Assembly: GCF_006345805.1 (NCBI RefSeq)
Contig: NC_043020.1
Span: forward strand, 16,988,001 to 17,052,000
Direction of reading: 5' to 3'
Length of the DNA stretch: 64,000 bases
Source: Octopus sinensis
Lineage: Eukaryota
Shown here: piece by piece, positions 12,473 to 25,029 of the stretch
Layout of the letters: the number at the start of each line of letters is the position of its first letter
Numbering within the stretch: the first letter of the stretch is position 1
Notes under the pieces: generated by a model
Databases searched by the model: none
The model's input: the letters and a program-made list of their open reading frames with translations, nothing else
What the model was told of the DNA's origin: nothing
Made by a program: the position numbers and the translations under genes

Positions 12473-13206
12473 TTAAGCTACTAAGGAATAAAGAAGGACT
12501 ATGATCTCTCCAGCCATCAATCTTCTCCATCAACTATTCCTGGGAGCTGTTGAGGTAGAGTCCTCAGGTATCTCCTCTCTAGGGTCCTATCTGATGCATC
12601 TGTTATAACACTTTCTTGCTGGATTCCCAAGTGTGACCAACTGAAGCTTTGGTTGTAATCCAACCATTCCATTCTTGGTCTCTTTGCAGTTCGTTCCTGT
12701 GACATTCTAATTACATGTCCATAGGACTGGAGCTGTGACAGCTCAGTGCAGAGACGTAGTGGCTTGATCTGTAGAAATTCCCTGATTGCTTAGCTATGCA
12801 CCCTGTCAAGTAACATTACTCCAGAGACCCTTAAGAGGAACCCCATTTTGGCTGCCTGTTTCAGTCTTTACCCAACATTTCTGTGGATATGATGATGTCT
12901 GCTATATTATCGTAACTTGAAGAACGAAAGGGAAATGAAATAATAATGATTTCAAATTTTGGCATAAGGCAAGCGACTTCAGGTGAGGGGTAAATTGATT
13001 GCATTGACCCCAGTGGTCAACTGGTATTTACTTTAGCAACCCTGAAAGGATGAAAGGCAAAGTCGACCTCAGTGGAATTTGAACTCAGAACATAGTGAGT
13101 TGAAATGCTGCTAAAGATTCTACCAGCTTGCCACCTTAATAATAATAATAATTTTTTTTGCCTGCACATACGTGATGATAGGCATGAAAACCAAAATGAA
13201 AATAGT

Positions 13207-13609
13207 AACTCTTTTACTCTTTTACTTGTTTCAGTCATTTGACTGCGGCCATGCTGGAGCACCGCCTTTAGTCGAGCAAATCGACCCCGGGACTTATTCT
13301 TTGTAAGCCCAGTACTTATTCTATCGGTCTCTTTTGCCGAACCGCTAAGTGACGGGGACGTAAACACACCAGCATCGGTTGTCAAGTGATGTTGAGGGGG
13401 ACAAACACAAACACGCACACACACATATACATATATACATATACGACAGGCTTCTTTCAGTTTCCGTCTACCAAATCCACTCACAAGGCATTGGTCGGCC
13501 CGGGGCTATAGCAGAAGACACTTGCCCAAGATGCCACGCAGTGGGACTGAACCCAGAACCATGTGGTTGGTTAGCAAGCTACTTACCACACAGCCACTCC
13601 TGCGCCTAT
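13207..13609 (-). mobile_element. SINE family B, near full-length young copy
   Basis: Read on +, runs from the ctcttttactcttttacttgtttcagtc tail to cacagccactcctgcgcctat. Near-identical copies at 18061-18484(-), 34959-35358(-), 36721-37135(-), 41380-41802(+), 48297-48713(-), 55571-56086(+) and 63268-63659(-); older ones at 18614-19085 and 24000-24406. Confidence 0.88.
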
Positions 13610-14217
13610 GTAAGGTTTGCTTTTTATGCTAACTTCACCTCTTCTGAGATGAAATTCAAATGCTTGAGATGGTACATTACTGTGCCAGAACCTGCAATTC
13701 TAGCGTTCAATTCAGCCTCTTGCGTTCTATCAAGAACATAAGTATCCAAAATGAGGGTTCTTCCAAAGAAGTAACATTGTTCAACAGGGTGCATAAACCA
13801 GAGATCAGGGAATCTCTCCAAGTTTAGCTTTTACTTCTCTGCACTGGGAAAACATTGGGCATGTGATTAGAATGTTGCAAGAAGGAATCACAAGACAAAT
13901 TCTTCAAGGCAAGCCAATCAGCAGGAGACCTCGGGGGTAGACCATGAATGAGACAGTTCGGTAATATCCATAGTCTCAGTTGGTTGGGCTTGGGATTCCA
14001 GTCAGAAAGCGTAATGATGGTTGCTTCTGAAAGGACCTTCTAGAGGAAGTGCCTGAAGACTCTACCCACACAGTCATCCCAGGAATTGTGGGCAGAGAAG
14101 ATGGATGGATGAATATGATGTAACTTGAGTAAGATTTGGCTGTTATTTCTCACAGGTTGAGTGACTATGTAGTGTTTTTCCTGCCTTGCCTCATGATTGT
14201 TTCTTTTATATTTGCAG

Positions 14218-14351
14218 GTAAAGTCGGAGATTGGAAGCATTATTTGACACCATTTTTCAGTCGAAGAGTTGAGAAAATGGTGAAAGATAACTTAACAGAT
14301 GTTAACCTAAATATTGAATATGAATTGACTGTTCCACCAACCGTGGAGTGA
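14218..14351 (+). CDS. Sulfotransferase terminal coding exon
   Basis: Acceptor ttcttttatatttgcag|GT completes RRGKVGDWKHY (RxGxxGDWK PAPS-binding motif); TGA ends at 14351. The five exons total 755 nt (2 nt + 251 codons), with no internal stop or frameshift. Confidence 0.95.
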
Positions 14352-14715
14352 CAAGATTATAAGTTAACTACACAAACATACACAATGTAAATATTTATTT
14401 AATTCTAACTCACAGATTAAAGAAATATATTGAATATTAACTGAAGATTATCTGTAAATTGTTCCTTTATCGTTTTTGACTTGTTAAGGTGCATGGCTCA
14501 GTAGTTAGGGTGTTGGACTTGTGATCATAAGATTGTGGTTTCAATTCCTGCACCGGGCAATGCATTGTGTCCTTGAGCAAAACACTTCATTTCATGTTGT
14601 TCCAGTTCATTCAGATGGTAAAACTGAATAATCCTGTGACAGACCGATATCCCTTCAAGGGAAGAATATATACACCAGAAAAACCAGGAAACCAGCCTTT
14701 TGATCCTTACCAAGT

Positions 14716-15050
14716 AAGTTAAGTTAATTTTTTTGGCTCAAAAAGCAAAAAGCAAGGCCATGTAGGGGGGACATGGAGTTATGTACAGGGAGGGTGTTCA
14801 TGCAAAGAGTTCAGGCCATTTCTGGTCAAGAGAGACTTTGAACCGAGCGATTGTCGGCATCTTCACTATCTCGTCCGGCAGCTTATTCCACGGATCCGCA
14901 ACCCGGACAGAGAAAGCCCCTCTCCTTCGATTGAGATGAAATCGTCGCAGATAGAGCTTTTCGGAGTGACCCCGCAGCCTACGCTCTGGAGCAGGAGTGA
15001 AGAACAGCTCTTTCGAGAGGTTACACTTTCCGCTTATGATGTTGTGAGCA
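14716..15050 (-). mobile_element. CR1-clade LINE 3' end
   Basis: Reverse complement of the 28195-28642 element: same RT C-terminal coding remnant and aattaacttaactt tail. Confidence 0.85.
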
Positions 15051-15744
15051 TCGTTTTATTCTAGAGAATAAAGTAATGTGGACTAACCATTGTTTACCAC
15101 TGGTCTGATTTGCTGGCCATCTGCATAACCAGAATAAAGCAGGATATAATGAAAGATCTTGTTGAGAGTCAGTGGTAAGCATTGATGTTTCTTTGAAGTT
15201 TCTTGTCTCAGTTATTAAGCATATATAACTATTACTGCTGTATACTAATAGCAATGCACTTTGCAAAGACAACCTGAAGATTTGGTGCATCCTGAAATTC
15301 TGTAGTTGCCATATAGCTACCAATTCTAGTGTTGATTCTCAAATTTGTAATTCTTTTATGGTAAAACTGTTCTCAAGTTTGAAATAAGCATTCTTTGAGA
15401 CTCTCGATCTTTTGATAGCAGCAGTCGACATCCTTACACCAATCGAAATCTTTGAGCCAAATGGCTCTCCTTAAACTTTCAATTTATAATTAAATCTCAA
15501 GAATTCAATTTCATTACAACACAAACCATTCCGAAGCCAAAATTTGGAACATACCAGTGAATCATGTCAATAGGTAATGCTTGTTGATCATTCCAGTGGA
15601 TTGTTCTTGTGTTCTTTCCCCCACAGTGAGAATGATGAACTATTAAGTGTCAGGAGACAAAGTGAAAAGCGGAAGAGGCTGTGTGGTAAGAAGCTGCTTT
15701 CCAACCACAGGGTTTCAGGTTCAGTTCTACTGCATGACACCTCA

Positions 15745-15779
<35 letters not shown>

Positions 15780-16003
15780 TTTTAGTCTTTTACTTGTTTC
15801 AGTCATTTGACTGTGGCCATGCTGGAGCACTGCTTTAAAGGGTTTTAGTTGAAGAAATTGACCCCAGGACTTAATCTTTGTAAGCCTAGTACTTATTCTA
15901 TCAGTCTCTTTTGCTGAACCACTAAGTTATGGGGTATGTAAACAATATCAGTTGTCAAGCAATGATGTGGGGACAAACACAGACACACACGCACACATAT
16001 GTA

Positions 16004-16857
16004 CAGGTTGTAGTGAATAAAGTGTCATCTAAATTAGGAAAAAATGAAAATAACACTGACTGTTCATTTTAACAGATATATTTAACAAAATTACACAAAA
16101 ATATCTTGAAATACTAAAGAGTAAATTTATTCAATTAAATCGCCATTGGCCTCAACCTCAGCCTCCAGATGACTTTGGAATCTCCCGTAACTCTTCTGGA
16201 CAATCTTGTTGTTTAAGTTGGTGGATGATGCCATAATTCTTGCCTTCTGTTCATCTTTGGTGTTACAAGGAGTTTTGTTGGTCTTTTGCTCAACTGCACC
16301 CCACACATAATAACCAAGGGGGTTGCAGTCTAGGGAGTTAGGTGGCCAGATGTTAGGGGTGATTTGGTCACAGAAATTGTCCGACAGCTATGACTGAGTT
16401 CTCCTGTTTGTGTGGCATTGTGCAGAGTCCTGTTGCCAATCATAGGGTCTTCCAGCAATCACCCTCTTGACTCAGGGCAGCACTACCTCCTCCAGGCACT
16501 TGATGTAGGCCTCCATGTTGAGTCTAAGGCCATGTGGGAAGATGAATGGAGACATAACGTCATCACTAGTAATCGCTCCAAACACCATGATGTTGACTGG
16601 ATGTTTGATTTTTATCACTCTCAGTACGTGTTCTGTCATCAGATTGACACCCAAACACTCTGAAATATTTGTATTGGAGCTTTCAGCACAAATGCCGAGC
16701 AGTACCACATGTTGTTTCCAAATTTCTGGTAGAGTGAAATATCATCATTGTTTTTCTCACAACTGACCCTACTTTACTGTGTAGTCAACGAAATTTTTAA
16801 AAATCAATGCACAAAATTAAAAATATAAAATGGCAGCAATTTACCCATTGCGCTCTG
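16004..16857 (-). mobile_element. Tc1/mariner-superfamily DD37D (maT) relic, internally deleted
   Basis: Minus-strand translation gives IMVFGAITSD...QQDSAQCHT...IWPPNSLDCNPL(G)YYVWG, with 37 residues between the second Asp and the mutated third Asp position. Imperfect TIRs; in-frame stops. Confidence 0.8.
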
Positions 16858-18000
16858 TGTGTATATATATATATATATATATATCGTGATGCATATTTGC
16901 CATTTGAATATGGCCAACCCCTAAGGGTGGGTGCTACTGTAGTTTGTAGCCCCAGGAAGATATCTCCTCCAGCTGGCTATAGACACACTATCTGTGCCCT
17001 ATATATTTTCAATCACTTTTGGAATTACAACAATTGATGGCTTGTAGTTTTTAACTGCTCTTTCTAGCGAGTCAGACATCCTACTCTTCAGGTATCTCTT
17101 TTATGTTTGAATGTACACTGTATTATTCTCTGAATAATATATAGTCTCTTGACTAATTTTTTCTTTCTCGCTAGACCACTGGTAACTAAGAATTTTTCGA
17201 TAAATATTATTGTTACCCTAAATTTTTAATTAATGATATATATATATAAACGAGAGGCTTCTTTCAGTTTCCGTTGTCTACCAAATCCACTCGCAAAGCT
17301 TTAATCAGCCTGAGGCTATAGTAGAAGAACCATGTGGTTGGGAAGCAAGCCTGTAATATATAATGTATACATGTGTGGGTAGGTGTGTGTCCTTGCCTTG
17401 ATATCACATGATGGTTGTAAACAAATATCACCATCTTCCAAGTAGTGTCCAGTATTCTATAAAAACATTTCCAGTATTCTGTAAAAACATGTCTGGTCAC
17501 AAGGAAATATTGGGCTACTCAGAAACAGGTGAGGGTTAGTGACAGGAAGGGCATCCAGCCATAGAAAATCCACCTTCACAAAGTCTGTTCAACTCATGCA
17601 AGTATGGAAAAGTGGACATTAAAACAATGATGATGATGATGAATACAATCACATTAAGTAATGTTAATTAAAATGTTATATTGCATTAATTGGCTGTCCA
17701 AATCATAAAGATTTAAATACTCTTGTGGACCATCAAACGCAACTTATGTTAAATTTCTGTATCAGGTCATGAGTCTTAATCCTTTCGAGATTGATAGGAC
17801 ACTCACATTTCATGTGTCTTTTGTGAAAACCTAACGGGAAATACACACAACAAAAAGACAATACATCAATTCACATTTGACATTTATAGCTTTGAAAGGC
17901 ATCCAGGAAAAATGCTGTTCTCAGATCATCAATGTCAACATTAGAACCACAGAATGGAACATCAGAAATCTGTAAATGAAAGAAGCTGTTCTCTTTAGAC

Positions 18001-18810
18001 TAGTGGTTCTTAACTGAGATCCACATGATCCGGGGGGGGGGGGTCCATATAAGATTTTGATACTCCTTACTCCTTTACTCCTTTACTTGTTTCAGTCATT
18101 TGACTGTGGCCATGCTGGAGCACCACCTTTAGTCGAGCAAATCGACCCCGGGACTTATTCTTTGTAAGCCCAGTACTTATTCTATCGGTCTCTTTTTGCC
18201 GAACCGCTAAGTGACGGGGACGTAAACACACCAGCATCGGCTGTCAAGCGATGGTGGGGAGAGGGACAAACACAGACACACAAACATATACACACACATA
18301 CATATATATATATACATATATACGACAGGCTTCTTTCAGTTTCCATTGTCTACCAAATCCACTCGCAAAGCTTTAATCAGCCTGAGGCTACAGTAGAAGA
18401 CACTTGCCCAAGGTGCCACGCAGTGGGACTGAACCCGGAACCATGTGGCTGGTAAGCAAGCTACTTACCACACAGCCACTCCTGATGTTGAAGTTTATGT
18501 GCAATAAAACTGGTTAAACTTCTAGAATACACAAAATATTTCAATAATTATTTTTATATACAATTCCTAATAATATTTAATTATAAAAATATAATAGGAT
18601 TTTTTAAACGTATAAGTGCGGGCGTGACAGTGTGGTTAGAAGCTGGCTTCCCAACCACATGGTTCTGGGTTCAGTCCCACTGTGTGGCAACTTGGGCAAG
18701 TGTCTTCTACAACCTCAAGCTGACCAAAGTCTTGTGAGTGTGAGTGGATTTGGTTGACAGAAACTGAAAGAAGCCTGTCATGTATATATGTATGTGTGTG
18801 TATATGTATG

Positions 18811-18857
<47 letters not shown>

Positions 18858-19180
18858 GTATACATATCTGTGTGTATGTTTGTGTTTGTCTCCCATTACA
18901 GCTTGACAACCAGCGCTGGTGTATTTACATCCCCTTAACTTAGCGGTTCAGCCAAAAGCGACCAATAGAATAAATACCAGGCTTGAAAAAAAAGTACTGG
19001 GGTCAGTTCATTTGACTATAAAATTCTCCAAGGTGGTGCCCCAGCATGACCACAGTCTGATGACCGAAACAAGTAAAAGATAAAAGATAAAGATCAAATG
19101 GTTATGGGGGTCCATTTGAGTGAAACAGGAATCAAGAGCTGGGTGGGGGTCATAGGTCAAGAAATGGTTGAGAAACACTG
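18001..19180. mobile_element. hAT/Charlie-type MITE carrying two nested family B SINEs
   Basis: Termini (t)agtggttcttaac...ggttgagaaacactg; 8-bp TSD ctttagac / ctttagat. Confidence 0.75.
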
Positions 19181-19373
19181 CTTTAGATAAAGAAAACCCA
19201 CCCAAAACTACTGAAAAGAATTTCATAAACTGCATGTATTGATAATACTACTATACTATACTTCTGCTCATGCCACAAGACAAATAGGATATGTATTGAG
19301 TACTTTCCCTACTGTTTGTAAATTTACATGTATGTATGTGTGTGTGTGTATTGAGATATATATATGTAATATT

Positions 19374-19592
19374 CACACAAAAGCCGTTCGATTCACTTCA
19401 ACATTTAAGTTTAATTTGTCAAAATATTTTCGTCGCTATAAGACCGCGACCTGTTCACTGACAAAAATCCGTGCTGCATCTCTGTAATGCAGCTCGGATT
19501 TTTGTCAGTGAACAGGTCGCGGTCTCAAAGCGACGAAAATATTTTGACAAATTAAACTTAAATGTTGAAGTGAATCGAACGGCTTTTGTGTG
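19374..19592. repeat. Near-perfect palindrome (106-bp arms, 7-nt loop)
   Basis: Left arm 19374-19479, loop ctctgta, right arm 19487-19592; 3 mismatches counted by eye. Confidence 0.95.
19501..19551 (+). ncRNA. Candidate variant type I hammerhead ribozyme (G3-C8 core); mirror copy at 19415-19465(-)
   Basis: Stem I tttgtca/tgacaaa; core GUGAACA plus one extra G; stem II gtcgc/gcgac; GAAA; palindromic mini stem III (aatatt); triplet UUU. Confidence 0.45.
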
Positions 19593-19782
19593 TTTCTTAA
19601 ATGGCTTACAAACACCTTCCACGCTGCAATTGTTTTCCTTCCAAACACACGATCTCAGATCAAATCACTTGCTATGCAAGTACATTTCCGTAATATATAA
19701 TATTCATATAGGTTAAAGTAAAAAAGAAAAGGCAAGCGAGACTTGACAAGGATATTTAATTTAGCTATATAATAAAAGGTTT

Positions 19783-20039
19783 GTGGAGGCACGTGGCTTA
19801 GTGGTTAGGGTGTCAGCATCATGATTGTAAGATTGTGGTTTCGATTCCTGGACCAGGCGATGCGTTGTGTTCTTGAGCAAAACACTTCATTTCACATTGC
19901 TCCAGTCCACTCTGCTGGCAAAAATGAGTAACGCTGCGATGGACTGGCGTCCCGTCCAGCTGGGGAACACATACGCCATTGAAACCGGGAAACCAGGCCT
20001 ATGAGCCTGGCTAGGCTTTAAAAGGGCGCATTTATTATT
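19783..20039 (+). mobile_element. tRNA-derived SINE (family C-type head) with 17-bp TSD
   Basis: A box tggcttagtgg; B box ggtttcgattcc; TSD tatataataaaaggttt at 19766-19782 and 20040-20056. Confidence 0.88.
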
Positions 20040-20367
20040 TATATAATAAAAGGTTTAGATTATTATGTAGTTAAATTAAATGTCCTGATTGCCTTTTCTT
20101 TTCTACTTTAACCTAAACCTACCGACTCAAAGAGCTTCTGGCCCTTCTAGCTGCTTTGGATAAGGCAGTCACAAAATCACACCTTCTACTGCTGTTCAAA
20201 CCAGAATTTTGGTGGCATACCTATTCTGAGCATTCACAGCAGCACATACCTATTAGTTTGAGTCATCCTGACAAAAAATCCTCGTATCTTTTAAATAATA
20301 TTCGTGTATGTATATATACATATGCGTATGTGTATCCATTCTCTGAATACATTCTCTATACTATTCT

Positions 20368-20435
<68 letters not shown>

Positions 20436-20559
20436 AAGAGAAATGTATGTATAAGAGAAAATGAATTGAATGACAGTTCTTTATTTCATATCACTACAAT
20501 TGTTTCCTCACATCATCATATCCATAGTTCCTTAGTGAGATGATATAATTAACACATTC

Positions 20560-21580
20560 CATAATCACTACCGTCCATCAAAGGTCTAAAATTTTTCTTC
20601 ATTTGATTATTTTGAATAAGTCCTTCACTAGTTCAGACTGTCATTCCACTGTCTACAGGAACGACAACCCAAACCTGTGGTAAATCTGAGAATAGCCGCA
20701 GACACATAGAATAGGTATTGACCAATCTGGACCAATACATCAATATATTCCCCTTGGGTGACTTCGACTTCCCAAATGTTAAATGGCTTGCAAGCCACTT
20801 TCTCTCCAGAGTGTCACTGTATGAACAAAGGCAAGCAGAATCATTACTTGAACTTTCTAATATGCTGTTTATGAAACAAGTGATGCTCCAGTCAGCCAAA
20901 AGTAATAATATCCTGGATTCTGTTTCACAGTTAATATGGACGTTTTCTCAGACCATAACATTGAAGAACTAACAATGTATAGTCCTAGATGAACTGCTGA
21001 CATTTATTCTATAAGAAGGAACCAAGCCATATCCAACTTGAGTTTCCATAAAGCAAACTGGAAATCAATCTACAAAGAAATCCACAAACAAAATTGGTTT
21101 CACTGTCTGTCTATGCAAGACAATTTAAAACTCAATCATTTTATGTTAACAGTGCAAGCTATATACATTAAGTATGTCCCAGAAGAAAAGGCTTACATAT
21201 CCAAAAATGAAATCCCAAAAGACAGGAAAATCATGAGACACAGAGCAAAGATCTCAAACTAGGTGAGACGGCAACTGAAAGATGATGTAAAATCTAACTT
21301 ACGATGGTAACTTCTGGAAATTGAAAGCTGAAACAAATGCTTCTATGAAAAAGAAAGAGTAGAGAGAGAGAGACAAGAGAATTGTGGAAAGCATAAAATC
21401 ATATCCTAAAGTTTTCCATAAAGGAAACAGCCATAGTACAATACAAAATAGGACAATTGTTCCAAGGGAATGGCTCACTAATTGCAGACCCCAAAAGGTG
21501 AGTGAAGTGCTCAGTGAACAATTCAAGTATTTTCACCTCCCCACTGGGACACACACAAACAAATGACCTGGCTGAGTTCT
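20560..21580 (+). mobile_element. Old CR1/L2-type LINE relic (AP endonuclease and linker region)
   Basis: LGDFDFPNVKW...LFMKQV...NNILD and FHKANWKSI resemble the APE GDFNxPxIxW...NxLD and FxKAxW motifs; many stops and frameshifts. Confidence 0.65.
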
Positions 21581-21832
21581 TTCACATTATATATATCTCT
21601 CTTATCCGCTCAGTCGAAGTCGACTCTCGGTTACTCGGATCAGTGTCCTCCAGTCAGTTCTATCCTGGGCCGCTTCTTTTAGATTGGCTATGTCCATTCC
21701 GGTATCACTCTTGATGGTGTCAAGCCAGCGGGTTCTTGGTCGGCCTCTTCCTCTCTTGCCACTGACCATTCCGAGCATGATGTCCTTCTCCAGGGATTTT
21801 AATTGTTACGCGTGTATATATATATATACACA

Positions 21833-22661
21833 CAGCATGTTACGGCTAAATTTGATGAATTTTTATGTCTCATTTTTTTTCATGAACAGCATGATGTATT
21901 GGTGAACAGTTAACAGAGAGCATTAAGATTAAAGATGTTGAGAAAAGGCTGAGGCATCCTGTTGAGCTAGAGATGATCTGGTTCTTCTCAGATGAACAGA
22001 ACTTCTTCCTGGACCAGTTGCACAACATGCAGAACAACAGGTGATTTACCTACAATCCATGTGATGTATCAGTCATGAAAACCAAGTTCCTCCACAAACT
22101 GTGATGTGTGTCTCCTATGAGAGTGATATCATGCAACCCCACATCTTGAGCAGGGCCTTAGGATCAATTCAGATGACCATGTGAGACTGGTCAAACCATG
22201 GCTGGTGAGGGTTGCTTCTGGAGGTCATATGTGTAGTAGCGAGATTTGGCCACTTGCCATACCTCTGGAAAGAGTCAGAAGTAGTTGGCAGAAAATTTCT
22301 ACAACTTCACCAGCCCCAATTTCTGACCTTGCAATTGTAATCCTATGGATTACAGTGTGTAGGGTTTGGTTGAGAAAGAAACCAACAGCTCTGTCTGCAA
22401 CACAGGCTGAGCTGGTGACCAAGACCAAGGAGATGTTCAAAGATCTTTGCAAGGACATAATGAGGAAGACATGTGCCCACTTCCAGAGCCATTTTAAGGC
22501 CATGGTGAAAGCTGAAGACAGCTACTTTGAATAAACTGTTATCCCCCAGCCATATTCTAGTTGCTCTTTTTTCATTTTTTAAAATACTTCAATTTTTGAA
22601 TGAGATATCGTGTTTTCTTTTCCTTTTTTTGCAATGTATCAAATTTAGCCTGAACACCATG
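21833..22661 (+). mobile_element. Second maT/Tc1-like relic, internally deleted
   Basis: Remnants IWFFSDEQNF, CHTSGKSQ and CNPMDYSV; imperfect TIRs cagcatgttacggctaaatttgat / atcaaatttagcctgaacaccatg. Confidence 0.75.
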
Positions 22662-22707
22662 TATGTATGTGTGCACATGTGTGTGTGCTTACACACACAC
22701 ATATATA

Positions 22708-23978
22708 TTAGGATGTTTGGAAAGTAACTGCGTTTTTTTCACCAATATAAAATATGAATCAACCAATCATGTCAGAGCCAAGTTTGAATGAGTGGAAACT
22801 GTCTAGAAATAGTATATCGTCTCTTCTATCCAGCAGCGTGTCATTCATAGTTATTTTGGTAATTAACTCCATGGAGGATGAGAACTTTATGAAACCACAT
22901 ATTTGCCATTGCTTACTGTATGAGCTTCAAAAGAAAAGTACTGCTAAAGAAGCTATGAAAAATATTTTTGAAGTGTATCTGGATGCAGTGACAACTCGTA
23001 CATGTTGACTGTGATTTAAAAGGTTTAAATATGGTGATTGTAACATATTTGACAAGCCTCGCTCTAGAAGACAACCCACTCTGAAGGATGACCTTTTGAA
23101 TGAGACTACTGTATCAGATCCACATCAAAGAACCAGAGATTTGGCACAAAAATTTGATGTGTAATGTTAAACTATCCATGAGCATTTCAAGCAAATTGGG
23201 AAAACATGCAGAGGGAATTTAGGTTCTACATGAGCTTACACTTGAGAGCTGAACACGACATTCCACCATCTGCAGTAGTCCTCTAACCAGGAATAACAAC
23301 CTGTCATTTTTGCAGTGCATTGTTACAGGTGATGAAAAATGAGTTCTACATCACAACAGAAAACAAAAAAAAGAACAATGATTATTATGTAATGAGAAGG
23401 CAGTACCAACACCAAAACCAAAACCAGAACTCCATCCACAAACATCTTTGATCTGTGTTTGGTGGAACATAAAAGGTATCATCCATTACAAGCTACTGGA
23501 ACATGGAAGGACCATCAATGCAGATGTCTGTTGCCAACAACTTGATCATGTAAATGAAAAATTAAGTTGAAAATGGCCAGCTTTGGAAAACAGTAAAGGT
23601 GTTATTCTCCAACATGGACACACTCTTCAAAGCAAACCCAAGAAAAAATAAGATCATTAAGATGGGAAGTTCTACATCCTCCATACTCACCTGACTTAGC
23701 ACCTATGGATTTCCATCTGTTCCAATCACAAGAACATTTTATAAGTGGCAAAACATTCAGAAACAGAGAGGAAGTTGAAAACAGTCTTTGAGACTTTTTT
23801 TTCAGGAAAAGAAATAGGTTTCTTTGAACGTGACATGAAAATGTTACTTTTCCATTGGGCTGCAGTTGTTAAAAACATTGGTGATTACATTCTTAATTAA
23901 GACTATTTAAATAAACATAGTCTACATTTATTTTTATATCCTTTCTGGTAAAATGCAATTACTTGCCCAGCACCCTAA
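22708..23978 (+). mobile_element. Full-length but decayed mariner transposon (transposase pseudogene about 22871-23900)
   Basis: TA|ttaggatgtttggaaagtaactgcg...tgcaattacttgcccagcaccctaa|TA. Motifs VLHELT, IVTGDEK, CVWWNIKGII and HPPYSPDLAPMDFHLF; several stops and frameshifts. Confidence 0.92.
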
Positions 23979-25029
23979 TATATATATATTTTTTTTCTTT
24001 TATTCTTTTACTTGTTTCAATCACTTTACTGTGGCCATGCTGGAGCCCTACCTCAAAGTGTTTTAGTTGAAGAAATCGACTCCAGGGTTCATCTTTTGTA
24101 AACCTAGTACTTATTCTATTAATCTCTTTTGCCAAACTGCTAAGTTACAGGGCCACAAACTCACCAGCATTGGTTGTCAAGTAATGGCTGGGAAACAAAC
24201 ACAGACACACACATAAATACATATGCATATATATATATACACAATGGGTCTCTTTCAGTTTCTGTCTACCAAATCCACTCACAAGGCTTTGTTTGGCCCG
24301 AGGCTATTGTAGAAGACACTTGCCCAATATGCCACTCAGTGGGACTGAACCCCAAACCATGTGGTTAGGAAGCAAACTTATTACTGCATAACCATGCTTG
24401 CACCTACATACATATATGTATGTATATGTACATACATACATTTATATTATATATTTATATATTTCTTTCTCCCTCCTTTAATATCACTGTCTTTCAACCC
24501 ATTCAACACAATTATTATTAATATTATTATTATTCTCTCTCTCGCTCTCTACTCTTTCCCTTCTCTGTCTCCTTTCATTCTCATTTCAATGACTTTAAAA
24601 TCCCAAACAGCACCAAGTTGGCAGAAATATTAATCCACTGTAATCAATTACCTCATAATATTTAATTTCATGCCAATGTGTTTTGAGTTCACCACCTGCT
24701 GTGAGTGATTTTATTTTTTTTTATTCCTTCAGTAACATGTGTTTCAATGAACAAGTCAGTCTTGTACTAGACAGCACATGAACTTTGTAGCGTTAATTAC
24801 CAGTACGAGGCCAATAATATATTGATTTCAAATTTTGGCACAAGGCCAGCAATTTCAGGGAACGGGTAAGTCAGTTACATCAACTGGTATTTTATCGACC
24901 CTAAAAGGATGAAAGGCAAAGTTGGCCTCAGCAGAATTTGAACTCAGAATGTACAGACAGACAAAATACTCCTAAACAGTTTGTCCAGCATGCCAGCTCG
25001 CTACCTTAACTAGTTTAGTTAATCAGTAG

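Noticed and set aside
13624-13821. Minus-strand ORF ending HLKHLNFISEEVKLA, faintly transposase-like
   Set aside because: Similarity too weak to assign without a profile search.
15270-15308. caac-CUGAAGA...GAAA-ttctg-UA-gttg hammerhead-like spacing
   Set aside because: Stem I and the core match, but stem II cannot pair at its base and stem III is a single wobble pair; may be chance or too decayed.
17870-17985. Possible minus-strand terminal exon (acceptor cttctttcatttacag; ISDVPFCGSNVDIDDLRTAFFLDAFQSYKCQM*)
   Set aside because: No recognisable domain and no compatible upstream exons found; needs RNA-seq.
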